From the IMG/VR virus record IMGVR_UViG_3300021579_000006: DNA of 64,000 nucleotides. One strand, 5' to 3'. Each line of letters opens with the position of its first letter. Within the stretch, counting starts at the first letter, position 1. The DNA comes from an uncultured virus (IMG/VR IMGVR_UViG_3300021579_000006) (Duplodnaviria; Heunggongvirae; Uroviricota; Caudoviricetes). The notes under the pieces were generated by a model, which was not told where the DNA came from, did not search any database, and saw nothing but the letters and a program-made list of their open reading frames with translations. Position numbers and translations under genes: made by a program. Of this stretch, positions 9,232 to 17,381 are shown one piece after another.

Positions 9232-10245
9232 CTAAATCTTGGCTGGGCGGACTTCCTCACCAAAGACACGAGTGAACACATCTGCCACGATTGGGCGGTC
9301 AATCTCTGGGCTTGAAGCAAGCAAGTTTTGGACTGCCCACTTTGAACCAAAGACCTTGCTCAAGTCACGGAACGCTAGGAGTTCACGCATTTGAGGCGAC
9401 CACGAAACTTCACCATTCATCTGCTTCTTGGCAAGGTTCTGGCTTGCGCTCACTGCTGTTACAGGAACACCCAACTTCTTGGCAAGACCCCAGTCAGTAG
9501 TCATTTCGACCTGAATGGTGAAGCGAGAAAGTAGAGCCTCTGAAAGACGAACCCCCGGTGCGTTTGGGTTGGTCGCACCAATCACGAAAAAGCCGTCCTT
9601 AGCCTTGACAGTTCCTCGCTCTGGGTTCTGGGTGATTGTGATTTCCTTGCGTCCGTCCATAAGACCATAGACTGCCGAAAGAATCTTTGGGTCAATCAGA
9701 CCAATCTCGTCAATCAGGAGGACTTTGCCCTCCTCGGCAGACTTGACCAAAGCGCCGTCAATCCACTCAAAGCCACCTGACGGAGTTTGGACATAGCCAC
9801 CAATGAAGTCGGCAAGTTCAGTGTCACCCGAACCAATGACGGTGTAAAGTTCCTCTGGGAACGCACCCTCTACACAGGCGGTCTTTCCAGTTCCAGGAGC
9901 GCCATAGAGCATTACATACTGACCAGCGCCTCGTGCTTTGCGCAAGACTTCAATGTCAGTGTGTTCACCCCAAGGGCGAGCGTAGTAGTCGTGTCCATTT
10001 GGACGAGCATACTTTTCAGCACCTGCTAGTGCCTCCACATTTACCACCTTGTTAGTCTTTGGCTTGGTTGCGCCAGTTCCCATTTTAGCACGGAGGTTTG
10101 CCTTAGCGCTTTCAGGTAGTAGGTCTTTCAGCGCTGGGATTACTGCGCTAGGGTCTTTCGACTGAATAGCAATACTGTAAATCAGTGACGATAGTTCTGG
10201 GTAGAGGGCATTTACCTCTGGGGTTTCAACTGCGAGAGTAGTCAT
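9232..10245 (-). CDS. MoxR/CbbQ/CobS-like AAA+ ATPase
   Basis: Walker A GAPGTGKT, Walker B LLIDE, GATNP and ALLSRF. Confidence 0.9.
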   Translation of the reverse strand: MTTLAVETPEVNALYPELSSLIYSIAIQSKDPSAVIPALKDLLPESAKANLRAKMGTGATKPKTNKVVNVEALAGAEKYARPNGHDYYARPWGEHTDIEVLRKARGAGQYVMLYGAPGTGKTACVEGAFPEELYTVIGSGDTELADFIGGYVQTPSGGFEWIDGALVKSAEEGKVLLIDEIGLIDPKILSAVYGLMDGRKEITITQNPERGTVKAKDGFFVIGATNPNAPGVRLSEALLSRFTIQVEMTTDWGLAKKLGVPVTAVSASQNLAKKQMNGEVSWSPQMRELLAFRDLSKVFGSKWAVQNLLASSPEIDRPIVADVFTRVFGEEVRPAKI

Positions 10246-10277
10246 TTTTCCTGTCCTTTTCTTTTGACTAAATCTAA

Positions 10278-10799
10278 CTATACCAGTTTTTCAGGGAATG
10301 TCAAGGCGACACGAGCCTTGTTGATACGGCGTAGTGCCGAGGCTGGTGCTTTCCAATCAAGAATGTCAGTGAAGTCCACATCAGTAAGTTCAAAGACGAT
10401 TGGCTTGTTACGGAGGTTGGTCAGACCATACATCATCTGACGCTTCAAGATACGCTCAACCTGCTCTGCGAAATCAGTGGCAGTAGAGGTGGGAGTAGTG
10501 AGAGCGACCTCCTCTGGGGTCTTGGCGTTTGGGCGAATGAATGAGGTGCGCCACTGCGCACGAGGCGACCAAGTGGCAACAGTGCGAGAGATAACGCCCA
10601 TAGGCACATCATCACCCTTTTCAGTCTTACCCTCTGGGGTAATCAAAATCTGGGTGGTTTGAGTTCCAGCCTCGTTTGGAAGTTCTAGGTAGATACCCAT
10701 TCCCATTAGGCGTGGGTTGTTTGAGGCTTCAACAGTCGCTACTGCGCCAGCAACCTCTGGGTCAAGAGTTCCAAAACTGCTTAGGGTTTCAGGGTTCAT
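10278..10799 (-). CDS. Hypothetical protein
   Basis: ORF with tandem AAGGACA; promoter TTGACA-17-TAATGT at 10848-10876. Confidence 0.75.
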   Translation of the reverse strand: MNPETLSSFGTLDPEVAGAVATVEASNNPRLMGMGIYLELPNEAGTQTTQILITPEGKTEKGDDVPMGVISRTVATWSPRAQWRTSFIRPNAKTPEEVALTTPTSTATDFAEQVERILKRQMMYGLTNLRNKPIVFELTDVDFTDILDWKAPASALRRINKARVALTFPEKLV

Positions 10800-10920
10800 T
10801 TGTTTCTGTCCTTGTCTTTTGTCCTTGTTGGTTTTCCAACATCTCCAACATTACGCTAACTTCTAACGAATGTCAAATCTATTTATGAAGTTTTTTATAA
10901 CGAAACTATAACAGGGTTTT

Positions 10921-11454
10921 TTAGAAGTGGAAGTCCACAGGGATTAGCCACTGCTTGTCTGGGTTGGTCTTGACACGCTCAATGAATGAGTTCAAGTTCG
11001 CTGACCAAGTAGTGAGGTCATAGATAGCAGTGTCGCAAGTCCAGTCGTCATTTAGAAGTTCTGCCAACTTCTTGGTTGAATACAGGTTCGTGTCCCAGCC
11101 AGACTTGTATGGGTCGTACTTGTATGAGGCTAGGTCAACAGCTTTTGCCTGATACGAACGAATGTCATTGAAGCGCTGGTCTAGGTAGGAAGTAATAGCA
11201 CGCTCTGCCAGTGCTGGGTCTTCCGAGTAGCGTAGGAAGTTCGGAGCCTCATCTGCGTTGTATACGCCATTCTTGTCTGGGGTTCCGAACACAGTTCCTG
11301 TCCAACGATCTGCGAAGTTCTTGGCGTCAACATTCGAGAAGTTGGCATTGTGCCAGTCGCTCCAACTAGGGTTCTCCTCCAGTGCGCTGGCAACTTGCTC
11401 AAACGCCTCCTCGGCGTTATCTGCTTCAATGAGCATAATCTGGCAAACGTGCAT
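10921..11454 (-). CDS. Hypothetical protein (C-terminal VDFHF)
   Basis: Start re-called to MHVCQ behind AAAGGACAGAAA; promoter TTGCAA-17-TATAGT at 11486-11514. Confidence 0.8.
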   Translation of the reverse strand: MHVCQIMLIEADNAEEAFEQVASALEENPSWSDWHNANFSNVDAKNFADRWTGTVFGTPDKNGVYNADEAPNFLRYSEDPALAERAITSYLDQRFNDIRSYQAKAVDLASYKYDPYKSGWDTNLYSTKKLAELLNDDWTCDTAIYDLTTWSANLNSFIERVKTNPDKQWLIPVDFHF

Positions 11455-11591
11455 TTTCTGTCCTTTCGTGTTTGCTCTTGGCTCCACTATACACCAATTC
11501 GTTAGAAGTTGCAAGGCGCTCGCGGTATCAAAGAAAAAATAAATACAACTTAGGACAAAGAAAAAAGCCAGCATTTCTGCTGGCTCTCTCT

Positions 11592-12155
11592 CTACAGGGT
11601 CACATTCAACTCTGTGATTGGTAGATAACACTTCGTGCATTTCTCTAACTCGACCCAAGTCTTAGTTGTGTAGTCGAAATGCTTACCTAAAACAAACTCG
11701 TGGTCTTTGTTGATTAGGTGCATAACACGCTCGTGACGACTACTACCGTGCCAACGAACAACTGCCCACATCATATCTGTCCAGTCAGAGGTGTCCAGCA
11801 TTGTAAGTTCAGAGGCGTCACCAATATTACCGTTAGTGTCAATGTAAGTCTGCTTACGCTCAATCTTGGTGGCTGGTAGTGCTAGGTAGTCCACGCCTGA
11901 GAATCCTGCGTAATATCGCGACTTGCTCTTGAACTCTTTGTAAAGACGGTCAACCTTACGAACCGCTAGAGTTTGGGTGTTGTGCATACTGGCCACATTC
12001 ACTACAATCTCGCCGTCGTCCTTGGTCAACACTTCAAGCACACACGCCGTCTTATTGTAGTCATTGTTGTCCGCAATGACCTCGTTCTTGCCGATTGCTT
12101 TCAGTAGTCCCTCTGGGACATCAACCTTGTAGTTGAAAAATTCATAGTTCTTCAT
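11592..12155 (-). CDS. Hypothetical protein, probably leaderless
   Basis: Promoter TTGACA-17-TATAGT at 12163-12191 places the start site at ATG 12155 (MKNYEFF). Confidence 0.7.
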   Translation of the reverse strand: MKNYEFFNYKVDVPEGLLKAIGKNEVIADNNDYNKTACVLEVLTKDDGEIVVNVASMHNTQTLAVRKVDRLYKEFKSKSRYYAGFSGVDYLALPATKIERKQTYIDTNGNIGDASELTMLDTSDWTDMMWAVVRWHGSSRHERVMHLINKDHEFVLGKHFDYTTKTWVELEKCTKCYLPITELNVTL

Positions 12156-12207
12156 ACCTGCAACTATAGCAAGATAGTCCGCTAATGTCAAGCAGGCCGT
12201 GTCGTAT

Positions 12208-12489
12208 CTAGAATTCTTCCAGGTCCTCATCGGTATCAAAGCTTAGAACTTCGTTGGAAGATGATGGATCCGTCACATCCTCGATGCATGTCGTGCACAT
12301 CAGCCATCGATCTTCGTGATCAAGAACTACCGCAAACGGAAAGTATGCAGAGACAGCTACCCCTACGTTCTCAGAGCACGCCGTACATGCTAGCTCAGCA
12401 TATAGGTCTTCAGTTTCTAGCAGGCCCGCGGTAACAGCTTTATCCATATCCGAGCCGTGTTCCATTACGTGTAGTTCAATTGATCTCAT
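12208..12489 (-). CDS. Zinc-binding hypothetical protein
   Basis: CTAC...CTTC; -10 TATGCT just upstream of ATG 12489. Confidence 0.6.
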   Translation of the reverse strand: MRSIELHVMEHGSDMDKAVTAGLLETEDLYAELACTACSENVGVAVSAYFPFAVVLDHEDRWLMCTTCIEDVTDPSSSNEVLSFDTDEDLEEF

Positions 12490-12524
12490 ACGGGTTAGCA
12501 TACCCGTGTTTTTAGATAGTGAGT

Positions 12525-12719
12525 TTAATACTCCCAAACACTATCCTGGCCAGTGTATCCGTCAGCCTCTAGTTCGTAGTCGAACTCCTTCTCCATCTCT
12601 GGAGTCAGGCCGTCCGTTAAAAGTTGGTACCCGAGCTGAAGGGCCTCACCAGCTGTTTCAGCTTCGATGACCAGGCTATGGGTTACCCGCTCATCAATCT
12701 TTACAACATACTGAGTCAT
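12525..12719 (-). CDS. Hypothetical protein
   Basis: ORF with ATGA coupling. Confidence 0.7.
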   Translation of the reverse strand: MTQYVVKIDERVTHSLVIEAETAGEALQLGYQLLTDGLTPEMEKEFDYELEADGYTGQDSVWEY

Positions 12720-13036
12720 GCGATTGCTCCCAGTCGATTCTGGAGGCGGGCCGAGTAATGGAAGAACCCGCGGTTGATTGGGTAGTCGGGGAAGTCATTT
12801 GGAGTAAGCACGCCGCCGATACGATTCTCGAGGCACCCAATGCACAGCATCACATCCGTGCCGCAGTGGTTATCGTTTGCAGCGTAGATGGTAGCGGACT
12901 TCCAAAGTTCATTGTCAACCATGTAGTACTCGTTGATGTCCATGGTATTAATGTTGCAGTCCCAGCAATTGAACGCGGTGTAGCAACTAGCGTCCTTGCA
13001 TCCGTCTTGGCAGATGCAGTCTTCATGAATTGTCAT
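12716..13036 (-). CDS. Cys-rich hypothetical protein
   Basis: CWDC...EYYMV...LCIGCLENRIG, a common actinophage pattern. Confidence 0.75.
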   Translation of the reverse strand: MTIHEDCICQDGCKDASCYTAFNCWDCNINTMDINEYYMVDNELWKSATIYAANDNHCGTDVMLCIGCLENRIGGVLTPNDFPDYPINRGFFHYSARLQNRLGAIA

Positions 13037-13077
13037 GAGTTAACTGTACCAGGTGCACGCCTTAAATGCAAGCCGTG

Positions 13078-13308
13078 TTAGAAAGCTTTCTCGAACTCCT
13101 GGCCATCAGGGCCTTTAACCGTAATGATTCGTCGGAAGTTTGAACCGGTCGGTAGGTCCGCAGCACGCACGAACTTCGTATGAAAGATTCGTCCGAACTC
13201 TTCCTGGATGACTCGATGAGCTTCTTCCTTCGAAGGTGCAGCAAACGTAGCAATGGCAGGCCGCGTCGCATTCGACGGGTGCGTTAGTTCGAAGGTATAG
13301 ATCTGCAT
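13078..13308 (-). CDS. Hypothetical protein
   Basis: ORF in operon orientation. Confidence 0.6.
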   Translation of the reverse strand: MQIYTFELTHPSNATRPAIATFAAPSKEEAHRVIQEEFGRIFHTKFVRAADLPTGSNFRRIITVKGPDGQEFEKAF

Positions 13309-13343
13309 CCGTTAATTCTAGCATGTCCTGGATTCGTCAGAAG

Positions 13344-14045
13344 TTAGTAGCTGCTGAGATCCGTCTTCTCACCAAAGTCTCCCCAACCGGCCATGGTTCC
13401 ATCTGGGTGTACAGCTTTGACAAACGTTGGTATTACGTAACGGGTAGGTCCCGCAGCTACTGCATGCACGCCGTGTTCAAATTCTCTTGTTCCTGGGAAG
13501 ATGACCAGGTCTCCTGCAGCAGGTTTGATGGTTAATTCGAAGTTAGGAAAGAAGAGCTCGCCGGCCATGTAGTCGTCATTCAAATAAAGAACCGCTGCAT
13601 ATTCGACGAGCTTATCTGAGTACTGGTCCCAGTGAGACTTTAGTTCCACGCCTTCGTACATTCTTTGGACCGTCGTGAAGCTTGTTACTTCCAGGCCCCC
13701 TACCGCGGAGAAGATCTCAGATGCACGCCGGTGAATCTCATCGGTTAATTGGAAGTTGTGAAGGGTGGCATTCTTATCCGCCCAGGAACTAGTTACCTCG
13801 AGCAGGCCCTCTTCAATCAAAGCTTCGATATCATCGCGGCCAAACTTTGCATAAGCATTCTTACGCATCTGCTCCAGGTACATGTAAGACCACGCCGCTT
13901 CATCAAAAGTTGACAGCTTCTGGAGAATCTCTTCGAGCTCGCCGGTTCGTGTGAAGTTGTGGATCCGGAAGATCCTGGGGTAGATCTCTTCGACGTCATA
14001 CCCGTGTACGGCAATGTCTGCTAGTTCAAGTTGCTTATTCATCAA
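13344..14045 (-). CDS. 2OG-Fe(II) oxygenase
   Basis: HWD...YLNDDYMAGEL.FP...HGV...R. Confidence 0.85.
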   Translation of the reverse strand: MMNKQLELADIAVHGYDVEEIYPRIFRIHNFTRTGELEEILQKLSTFDEAAWSYMYLEQMRKNAYAKFGRDDIEALIEEGLLEVTSSWADKNATLHNFQLTDEIHRRASEIFSAVGGLEVTSFTTVQRMYEGVELKSHWDQYSDKLVEYAAVLYLNDDYMAGELFFPNFELTIKPAAGDLVIFPGTREFEHGVHAVAAGPTRYVIPTFVKAVHPDGTMAGWGDFGEKTDLSSY

Positions 14046-14856
14046 TCTTAAATATACCAGATTCTGCAGCTAAGCGCTTCAGTGTGTTTACCTCGGGCAG
14101 GCCGCTTGCATCAGATCCAACTCTTCCGATGTTTCGTTGGTACCGTGCGAATGCATTCTGTGTAGCTGCGTCCCACTTCCCTGGTTCGCATCCGTTGATA
14201 TCCGTCACTGTGCTTAGTGCTAGCTGCACAAGCTTGATGGATTTGTTCTTGGTACCTGGCCGCACTAACTTCGCACTAACCGTTTCTTGTATCCGGGCCG
14301 CTTCTTCCAGGTCCTGGAGTTCTAGCTTATCCGGGCCGCTGCGGCTGAGCTTCAAATAAAGCTTCGTTAGAAGTGAGCCGCGGGACTCGATCCGACAGAA
14401 CACAACAACATCCGTTAGATGTCTAACTTTCTGATGCACGCCGTCTTTGTCCTGGTAAGAAGACTGGCCCGTCGTATTTCCTTCGATGGTAGTAAACATG
14501 CCGGTGTTCTTAAGATGACGGACGTCGGTAACAATGCCAGCGTGCGGTTGAGAGAAGGCGCTCGCCGTGGTTGATGCGAAGTTGAATATCGCGATATCCC
14601 CTGGCCGTGGTTTCTTAGAGACCTGGCCGTTACGTAGGAATTCGGCGAGCGCCGCCGGTGTATACATAAAGCTAGGTACCGTACGTAGACCGCTCTCCCT
14701 GAGGACTACGTCGATGAATGCTCCAGCCCATGGGGCTGTTGTATATCCGGTGCGCTCACCGAAACTTGTTTTACCTAAGATTTCGGACGTATAGCCTAAG
14801 TACTTGCGGGCCGTTAACAGAACGGCTGCAGTAAGGTCCTTCGTCTTCTTGGTCAT
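14035..14856 (-). CDS. CHAP-like domain plus C-terminal peptidoglycan-binding domain
   Basis: PWAGAF, PRPGDIAIF, HAGIV and IEGNT; C-terminal VQLAL...GKWDAATQNAFARYQ. Confidence 0.75.
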   Translation of the reverse strand: MTKKTKDLTAAVLLTARKYLGYTSEILGKTSFGERTGYTTAPWAGAFIDVVLRESGLRTVPSFMYTPAALAEFLRNGQVSKKPRPGDIAIFNFASTTASAFSQPHAGIVTDVRHLKNTGMFTTIEGNTTGQSSYQDKDGVHQKVRHLTDVVVFCRIESRGSLLTKLYLKLSRSGPDKLELQDLEEAARIQETVSAKLVRPGTKNKSIKLVQLALSTVTDINGCEPGKWDAATQNAFARYQRNIGRVGSDASGLPEVNTLKRLAAESGIFKIDE

Positions 14857-14892
14857 GATCCGATCTTAGCACATAGTGCTCATCAGATGTTG

Positions 14893-15108
14893 TTAGCTGC
14901 GGCGGGCCGCACGCTTTGAACGAATGCGGGCCCAGACTCTCTCGTGAGCAAAGAATGTGATCGACTCCCAGATGAGCTCGGCTGATGCAATCATTGCTGC
15001 AAAGTCAAACCGATGGGTAATAACCAAAGCAATCAGGCCGGCCATCAAGAAATGAAGGACGTGCCAAGAGATGGTCTTTACCAGGCTGAGCTTAATTGAA
15101 TCACTCAT
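14893..15108 (-). CDS. DUF2061-like small membrane protein
   Basis: SLVKTISW...FFAHERVW. Confidence 0.7.
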   Translation of the reverse strand: MSDSIKLSLVKTISWHVLHFLMAGLIALVITHRFDFAAMIASAELIWESITFFAHERVWARIRSKRAARRS

Positions 15109-15286
15109 GTGATGTGGTTCCTTCCTGGAGATCCGTTTCGATCTCATCGAGTAATGCTACCAGGTTCTCTGCTTCTTGCGCAAGAGCTGTCAACCTTACG
15201 TGCTCGAGTCTGGTTGATGCATTGTTGATATCCGCTTTGAGGTTCTCGTAGAGAGACCGGGCCGCTTGGTTGATTTCATTAGTCAT
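15101..15286 (-). CDS. Hypothetical protein
   Basis: Short helical ORF coupled to its neighbours. Confidence 0.6.
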   Translation of the reverse strand: MTNEINQAARSLYENLKADINNASTRLEHVRLTALAQEAENLVALLDEIETDLQEGTTSHE

Positions 15287-16199
15287 GAAGATTGTGCTCC
15301 TTGAGAATTAATCCTAGCTCAGGAAAAAGCTGTTGAGTCTTCTTACGCCAGGATTCCTCGAATGCTGATAGATCATTTGATCCTGGAGTAGGTCCGTTGA
15401 AAGTTGCATCCGGGAACATGTCCAGGTAGATCTTTCTCCAGGCCGCTTCGAATGAAGTTGTGTTTCCGTATTGGATCCACGGTTTGTAGCTTCCGATGAA
15501 GTGAAAGATCAACGGGAATGATCCTCTAAACGGGCCGCCAAGTTCAACAAACTCCCACCGGTAATTGAAAGATACTGGCAGCGGGGACCAAACATCAAAT
15601 AAGAAACGGTTCATCAGATCTTGTTCGATGCAGGCCGTCTCTTCGTAAGAAGGATCCGTTAAGTAGCTCAGCATCTTCTCTTCTATCCGGGCCGCTCTCC
15701 AGTATTCAAGTGATGTGATGAACACACCGTTTCCAAAGTAGGCTCGGTCAGGATCATCAAACACTGTTAACGACGAGCCGTCACTTTCAACGGTGGCCAG
15801 AAACTTATTCACAAGTGGATACTCGAGTGCAGGCCGGATGTCCCTGGTGATCATGCAGTCCGGATCAATATACAAGACGTCATCATATTCGTGCAAAGTT
15901 GCGGCCATGAAGATCCGCTGCATTGCATTACTTGTGATATGTGGAATCTTGTCGAAGTTATACCGGCCGCTAGCTACTAACTGTTCGTAAGAAGTTGAGC
16001 TCCGGAACTGGATCCGTAACTTCTCACGACGGTCAACCTTCGATACGTACTCTTCTTCGCGGGCCGCTAAGTCAAGGGGGACTAGACAGATTAACTCAAG
16101 GCGCTCGCCGCCGTTATAGTTATCCGCTAAAGATCTAGCAAGAACCATCGAGTACTGAAAGTAGTTCCCGTCGAAAGATGTAACTATAGCACGGTTCAT
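15279..16199 (-). CDS. Glycosyltransferase family 8
   Basis: VLYIDPD (DxD), YFGNGV, EQDLMN and HFIGSYKPW. Confidence 0.85.
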   Translation of the reverse strand: MNRAIVTSFDGNYFQYSMVLARSLADNYNGGERLELICLVPLDLAAREEEYVSKVDRREKLRIQFRSSTSYEQLVASGRYNFDKIPHITSNAMQRIFMAATLHEYDDVLYIDPDCMITRDIRPALEYPLVNKFLATVESDGSSLTVFDDPDRAYFGNGVFITSLEYWRAARIEEKMLSYLTDPSYEETACIEQDLMNRFLFDVWSPLPVSFNYRWEFVELGGPFRGSFPLIFHFIGSYKPWIQYGNTTSFEAAWRKIYLDMFPDATFNGPTPGSNDLSAFEESWRKKTQQLFPELGLILKEHNLHD

Positions 16200-17119
16200 T
16201 ATTCCTCGTTAGTTGTTGGTACCGGTGTAGGTTCTTCCGTTACCTCTTCAGCATCAATGACATCTTCGTTCGAAGTCATACCGGCCGCTTCGGCTAACCG
16301 TGCAGCATTTGCGAGTGCTCCTGCAGATAACCGTTCAAGGCGCTCAGCAATGATGGAAGCAGCAGGCCGTGCATCAATCGTAATGTTCGTATCGATCTCC
16401 ACGCCGCCTCGAACACCAGCACGGTCAAGGATTTCAGTAGCCGCTTTAAGTTGAACTGGTTCGGACTCAGCGTACTCCATCAACTCTTCAAGCTTATCTA
16501 CCGCGTAAGGCGCAGCTTGCATCAACTTGTTGCGGGCCCGTTCGATGTCATCGGATGTGTGTTTCTTGATGGACCGTAGATGTATCCGGCACAGGCCGTC
16601 GTCCTTAGGTCGGCCGCTAGACCAGAGTAGGCAGCGGATTCCGTCATCCTTGATCTGGCGGCAGCGGTGGGGTTGGCAAAGAGGTTGGCGCTTAGTGTTT
16701 GTGTAACCTTCTGCTTGTTCCTTGAGATAGAGGCGGGTACTGTGTATAACCCATGGCGGAACAAGGAAGTCGCTCTTCTCTTCAGCTAGTAGATCCAAGC
16801 CGGTTAGGTAGTCTGAGTTGTTTCGATCCGGTTCAACAAGAATCGGGCGCTTCTCTGCTAAAGAAAGAATTCTTCTTTCTTTAAGAGACTCCTTCGACTT
16901 CGCACGAATCAATCCAGTAGGCACGCCGTTATCCGAATAAACCGTGTCCCAGTTCAGATGAGCCTTACGAAGGATGCCGCGGTTAACAAACGTGTCCTCA
17001 CAAATACCGCGGTCGACTTCGTCAATTCCGAGGGACGCTAGGTCGGGGCGGAGGTCGAGGGGTTCATCAATCCGGTACTCGGCTTGCTCTTCCTCTGCCG
17101 ACTGGTCAAACATTGTCAC
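16199..17119 (-). CDS. Zn-finger protein, possibly terminase small subunit-like
   Basis: C-x9-C...C-xx-H followed by AVDKLEEL...LKAATEILDRAG, a pattern seen in actinophage TerS-like proteins. Confidence 0.5.
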   Translation of the reverse strand: MTMFDQSAEEEQAEYRIDEPLDLRPDLASLGIDEVDRGICEDTFVNRGILRKAHLNWDTVYSDNGVPTGLIRAKSKESLKERRILSLAEKRPILVEPDRNNSDYLTGLDLLAEEKSDFLVPPWVIHSTRLYLKEQAEGYTNTKRQPLCQPHRCRQIKDDGIRCLLWSSGRPKDDGLCRIHLRSIKKHTSDDIERARNKLMQAAPYAVDKLEELMEYAESEPVQLKAATEILDRAGVRGGVEIDTNITIDARPAASIIAERLERLSAGALANAARLAEAAGMTSNEDVIDAEEVTEEPTPVPTTNEE

Positions 17120-17381
17120 CGTATAAGTCCTTAGTTCGTATGAAGTTCGTTGGAAGTTAATATAACTAACTAGTTAGGCTTACCTAACTTAAGCGACGGT
17201 GGATCACTTAACCGGGGAGAGGACTTGTAAATGATCCACCGTCCTATTAATTTTACGATAAGTCAAATCGTCTGATTTTTGATTCAAAGGGAATTGAAAA
17301 GTTTTTTTGAGCGTGGATAGGGTGAGGTAAGGCTTTTTACCGATTTATAAACAAGCAATCCTACTTGTACAATCCAGGCCG

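Larger units (their letters stand above)
104..11548. repeat. Dispersed 15-bp intergenic box AGAAAAAATAAATAC, 11 copies
   Basis: Plus-strand copies start at 634, 1316, 1798, 2300, 2884, 3836, 4509, 5550, 7023 and 11532, with one inverted copy at 106-120. Each lies between a terminator and a minus-strand promoter. Confidence 0.95.
2825..17158. promoter_or_regulatory. Repeated operator-like motif AACTTCYAAC(GAA)
   Basis: Copies at 2825, 5504, 7080 and 10858 (plus) and 6979, 11501 and 17149 (inverted); five lie within -35/-10 spacers. Confidence 0.7.

Noticed and set aside
438..10888. Plus-strand ORFs across the early region (for example 438-644, 6327-6698, 8003-8389)
   Set aside because: They are antisense to well-supported minus-strand genes and have no promoters or RBS.
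104..11548. Repeated 15-bp box as a CRISPR array or integron attC array
   Set aside because: Spacing is 0.5-4.5 kb with whole genes between copies. There are no attC-like inverted core sites and no cas or integrase gene in the window.
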